From: Hormiphora californensis
Lineage: Eukaryota > Animalia > Ctenophora
Assembly: GCA_020137815.1 (NCBI GenBank)
Contig: CM035359.1
Span: 6,014,001-6,078,000 of the forward strand
Direction of reading: 5' to 3'
DNA length: 64,000 bases
In this document: one piece after another, positions 46,327-64,000 of the stretch
Layout: each line of letters opens with the position of its first letter
How positions within the stretch are numbered: position 1 is the first letter of the stretch
Made by a program: the position numbers and the translations under genes
Notes under the pieces: model-generated
Database searches by the model: none
Told to the model about the DNA's origin: nothing
The model's input: only the letters and a program-made list of their open reading frames with translations

Positions 46327-49242
46327 CCTCTCTCTCCCTCTCTCTCTCTCTCTTTCTCCCTCTCTTTCTCCCTCCCTATCTCTCTTCCTCGCTCCCCTTT
46401 CTCTTGGAGAGAACACTTGATAATAACTTGGGTTCTCGTTTGTTCATTCTCACTCATACTACATATCTCTTACTTTCTCGCTCTCTATCTCTCTCTTTCT
46501 CTATCTCTATCTGTGTCTCTCTATCTCTGTGATTTATCCCATCACGCTCTTTCTCTCTGTCAAGCTCAGACTGAATAATATTATATCTTGGTGAGTGTTT
46601 TCATAAAAACACCTTTTTGCACTCTCTCTCTTTCTAACTATCTCTCTTTATATCTCTCTCCCACCAGTCACCTAGCTCTCGCGATCCAATAGCAGTTTAC
46701 AGCGAGAGAGAGAAAGAGGGAGAATGAGGGCGACCAATAATTTACACTACACGATACTGCATGTCACCAGTCGAACTTCGCGGCGTTTTTCTAAAGCGTT
46801 TCTCTCTCTCTCTCTTTATCACTCTCTATCTCCTTCCCTCTTACCTTCTTTCACTACAATAGAAAGGGCGCTGAAAGCAATGATATGTATGGGAGGTGTC
46901 TAGCTAGCTATTATTATAAGCTCGTCTATGGAGATAATATTTCTTATGAAATAACTTTATTTCTAGGAATTGTGATAGAGTTAAAAAGTTAATAAAACAT
47001 CGTGAGCTCATCCCACAGCCATGTGGAACTCACAACAACTAGATTGTTATGAGTCTCTGTTAACGTGTTTCTTTGTTCATCTGTTTTGTTTGTTCATCTG
47101 TTTCTCTGTTCATTTGTTTGTTCATCTGTTTTGTTTGTTATGTTCATGTCAAAGGTGTTGTTAGCGCTATTATACAATATCCTCAAATATTCGTATCTTT
47201 CTCTTGCCTTTCTCTCCTTCTCTCACCTTCCTCTCTTTCTTTCTCTTCTTCTTTCTCTTCTCTCTTTCTCTTCTTTCTCTCTTCTTTCTTTGCTCTCTGT
47301 CTTTCTCTTGTAAATTTATCCCATTTGATCTCACTAAAAATGGGCCTCTCTTCCACACCTCTTGACTGTCTTGTTGAGGACTAAAGCTTCCCCCCAAAAA
47401 TAAAATTTTAAAAAAAATTTTTTTTTTAAAAAAATTTTTTATTTTATTTCCCTCCCCCTTTTTAAAAATTTTTTTCCCCTTTCCCCCCCCCCTTTCCCTT
47501 TAAAAAAAAAAAGGTAAAAAAATTTTTTGGGGGGCCAAATTTTTTAAAATTCCGGGTATTTTCAGGAATTTTAAAAGGGGGTTTTTAAAAATTTTTTGGG
47601 GTTCCAACCGGGGAATCCCCTTTTTTTTTTTTAAAATCTTTAAATTTTTTTATTTTTGGGCATTTTTTTTTGTTTTAGGGGGGTTTTTAAAATTTAAATT
47701 TTAGGTTTTTTTAAAAAATTTAAAATTTTTTTTTTTTTTTATTCTTTTTCGTCTCTTTTTTTTCCCTTTTTAAACTTTGGTTTTTCCAAAGGGAATTAAA
47801 AATTTTTTAATACCAAAGTGTTTTCTTTTTTTTGGGGAAATTTTATTTTTGGGGAAATTTGTTTTTGTAAAATTTTGGGCGTTTTTTAAAAAGCTAAAAT
47901 TTTTATAACTTCCCTTTGCCAGGGGGTTTCCGTTCCGATTCTCTTTTGTTTTTGGGGGGGGGGAAAAGGGGGAGTAGTAATTGAAATGATTTTTGGCCCA
48001 AACTCCAAAAAGAGTAGGTTTTTAAAGTTGTTTGAAAGTCCAAAAAAAAATTTAAGGAAAACCCTTTGGGAGCCCAAATTTGACCTTTATTTTTGGGGGC
48101 CCCCAAATTTCCGAAAAAGGTTTAAATTTTATAGAAAAAATTTTAGGGGCCAAGAATTAATTAAATGAACTAAATTATTAGTTTAGGACCCTTGTTCAGG
48201 GGGGGGCCCCTTTGGCCCTCCCATCCAGTTCGATCGACCCAACTTCTCCAAAGTGCTCCCTCGGGTTTCCAAATTGTATTTCCTTTTTTTCCCTTTTCCT
48301 CTCCTCGGTCTTTCTCTCTCCTTCTCTGACTAAAAAACCCCCAATTAATTTTGCCTTTGGAAGCTAAGCCGAAAAAATGGAAGGGAATGGAGGGAATGGA
48401 GGGAAATAGAGTTTAAAAACTACGCTTCTAGATTCTAGAACGATAATAGTCAATAAAATGTTAATATGAGGCCGAGGCTGTTAAGTGTTATTATTGAGTC
48501 CTCACGTGCAGTTATTATAGAAGTGTTGTCCGACTTTTAGGATTCTTCAATTGCAGGAACTTCAGTAGAATGTTAAAGCTAGTCGCTAGATTAGGGATTC
48601 ACCCATGATTTTTTTATTGTGAACAATTTAAAAAAATAGAATACTTGGGTTAAAATCACACACTACTCCATACCTCACTCCTCAGAACTCTATCTATCTC
48701 TCTTTCTCTATCTTCTCCCTATTTTCCCTCCCACACTGTGCCCTACGTCAGCGATCTAGGTGTCATTATATAGTTTAAGCGTGATATTTTCCACCTGCAG
48801 ATCTTCATCTTCTGAGAGACACCCCGTCTCCCCCCGATATGGCCAGACCCAGGGGTAATAGCAATTTCAAAAAGATATTATATTATAAGAATTAGGAACC
48901 TAGTATAATTGATATAACCAGCTCGATCCACCATGGGTTGGATCTAAGATTGTTCATATAGCTCACCAATTAATATCCTCATTCACACCCACATACACAT
49001 ATACACATTATATATCTAGTATTATACCAGTCTCGTGCTGCATGATCCTCTGGGGCCCAAGCCTTGTCATCCCGTCTGTGTGTGGTACATCATGTGCATG
49101 TGTAATATCAGCTGTGTGTGTGTAGGTTACATGTGAGAGCGAGGAGAGTGATCACTTGATACTAGGTGAAACCACGTAATTATGTGATTTTGTTTTATCT
49201 TTCTCTCTTTTTTTTTTCTCTCTCTCTCTCTCACTCTCTCTC

Positions 49243-49328
<86 letters not shown>

Positions 49329-49759
49329 CTTCCATCATCTTCTCTTCCCTCCTTCTCTCTCCTCCATTTCCACTTTCACTTTTTTTTTCTATCTCCAAAT
49401 GTGTTCCACAGTCAAGTTAATTTGTGCATTATCTACGAATTTTTTGCTGTATCTCCCAAGTGTTATAGGTCCCTTCTCTTTTCTCTGATTCGTTTGAACT
49501 CTTCAAAGTTATGTCCCCGGCCCTGATCTTCTGATACACTCTAAGGAACGTGATCATGATAATAGTAATGGGTGAATGATTCAAGAAAGGAGGAAGAGGG
49601 AGAAAGAGAGAGAGTTATATAGAGAGATAGAGAGCTGATGGGGTGAAAGATATTTATATTAAGAATTGTCTCAGTCTTAAATTGATAGATCTGAAATCAT
49701 CAGCAGATCACGATCAAGTAGAAGACCAAATAGTGAACTAAAAGAATGGGTCATGGACG

Positions 49760-50757
49760 TTTAACGTGTACTCTCTAATTTCCTCATTAAGATTTGATGG
49801 GGGATCACGTTCAGCACAAAAATTGTTCCATCTCGGACCCACTAATTACCAACATCACTGCCGTTCTAGCAGTGTCGATAGTAGAAACACGATTCGTATA
49901 CATTAATTTACTTAAGATATTTTCACAAAAAAAAATCACAAACATTTCAGGTACTGATTCTCAATACCTTGATCGATGCTTCTCCATGAATTTTAGAGAA
50001 GAAACATTTTTAATTTTGTGAAAAGAACTTTCTGTAAAATATTCACAGTCAATTTTATCACACGTAAATTTTCTATGTCAATTTTGCCGTACGAATCGTG
50101 TTGCGAATCGGTGATGCTATGCGGCAGTGCTCTCGCTAATTAGCAAGATTTATTGAAACATGAATCGTTGCCCCTAAACTTCCTAATTAGATTTGATGGG
50201 GGATCACGTATCAGCATAATCCATCTCGGACCCACTAATTAGCAATATCACTCCCGCTTAGCAATACCGATTTGAAACACGATTCGTACGCAAAAATTGA
50301 CATAGAAAATTTTCCATAAAATTGACTTTGAAATATTTTCCAAACTTTTTTACAAAATTTCAGAGAATGATTCTTAACACCTTGATCGGTGCTCTCCATG
50401 AATTTTTTGAAAAAAAAGTTTCTGAATTTGTTGACCTTCTCATGAGGACACGATTCGACGGGAAGTCAGGTATCAAATCAATCCATATCAAACCCGCTAA
50501 CTAGCGAAATCATTTCCTCATAGCACCACCGATTCGAAATAGGGTTAATACGGCGAAATTGACATTGAAATCCATACAATTTTCGTGAAATAATTGAAAA
50601 ATTTTGCATGAAAAAGCCCGATTTCTGGGCATTTTTTGACCAAAAAATTCGGTGGTTCGGCCAAAATTTCCTACCGAACCGAACCGAACCGAACCGCCCA
50701 AAAAACACCGAATTTCCGAACCGAACCGAACCGAACCGAATATTCGGTCGCTTCCTG
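49760..50757 (-). mobile_element. Inverted partial copy of the 15680 hAT-like element
   Basis: 50160-50757 is reverse-complementary to 15680-16280 and ends TTCGGTCGCTTCCTG; the other end is degraded. Confidence 0.8.
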
Positions 50758-51034
50758 TATAATATGTGTATGTGTTTGCGTGTGGCGGCTCCTGCACTCC
50801 TACATTATATTGCATATATAATAACATATTCCGATCGGTGGCGTGAGAGATAGACATTGGGGAATATGATATCTTCTGTCCTTTTTCTCACAACCCCTTC
50901 CTATCACCATATATGGAGTTTATACCTATATACAGGGTGTTCATTTTGTATCTTTACACATTGTATTATAAGTCCTAACTTGCTTGTACCGGAAGTGTGT
51001 ATCGGACGTCCTTTAATAATGACCCTACCTTCAG

Positions 51035-64000
<12,966 letters not shown>

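Noticed and set aside
46153-49420. SLSLSL / ERERER ORFs
   Set aside because: Microsatellite translations.

Overview
Intron-rich, repeat-dense animal genomic DNA. It is probably a ctenophore: the 109-bp CAGGAACCGACCGA repeat matches my recollection of Pleurobrachia repeats (not a database result). Two large spliced genes dominate. (1) A minus-strand type I receptor (28817->164, about 24 exons, splice phases checked by hand): signal peptide, 2 C-type-lectin-like domains, 5 Ig-like domains, TM, and a long Pro/Tyr-rich tail. Its introns hold four nested genes: a papain-family protease, a small secreted amphipathic-peptide precursor, an F5/8C/fucolectin-like protein and an orphan multi-TM protein. 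(2) A plus-strand MRCK/CDC42BP kinase (51035->beyond 64000) whose first coding exon appears to be a 705-codon Pro-rich exon with several WH2-like motifs (43515-45629). Between them lie a BTB gene interrupted by a TIR element carrying a retrotransposon endonuclease relic, an ORF1-only LINE, short Helitrons, and many non-autonomous TIR elements (hAT-, Academ-, Kolobok-, Tc1/mariner-like) with verifiable TSDs, some nested. Tandem duplications of splice junctions recur, including 14 in-frame acceptors in MRCK. Most ORFs in the supplied track are spurious. Segments ~16.8-20.9 kb and ~47.4-48.35 kb look like low-accuracy sequence.
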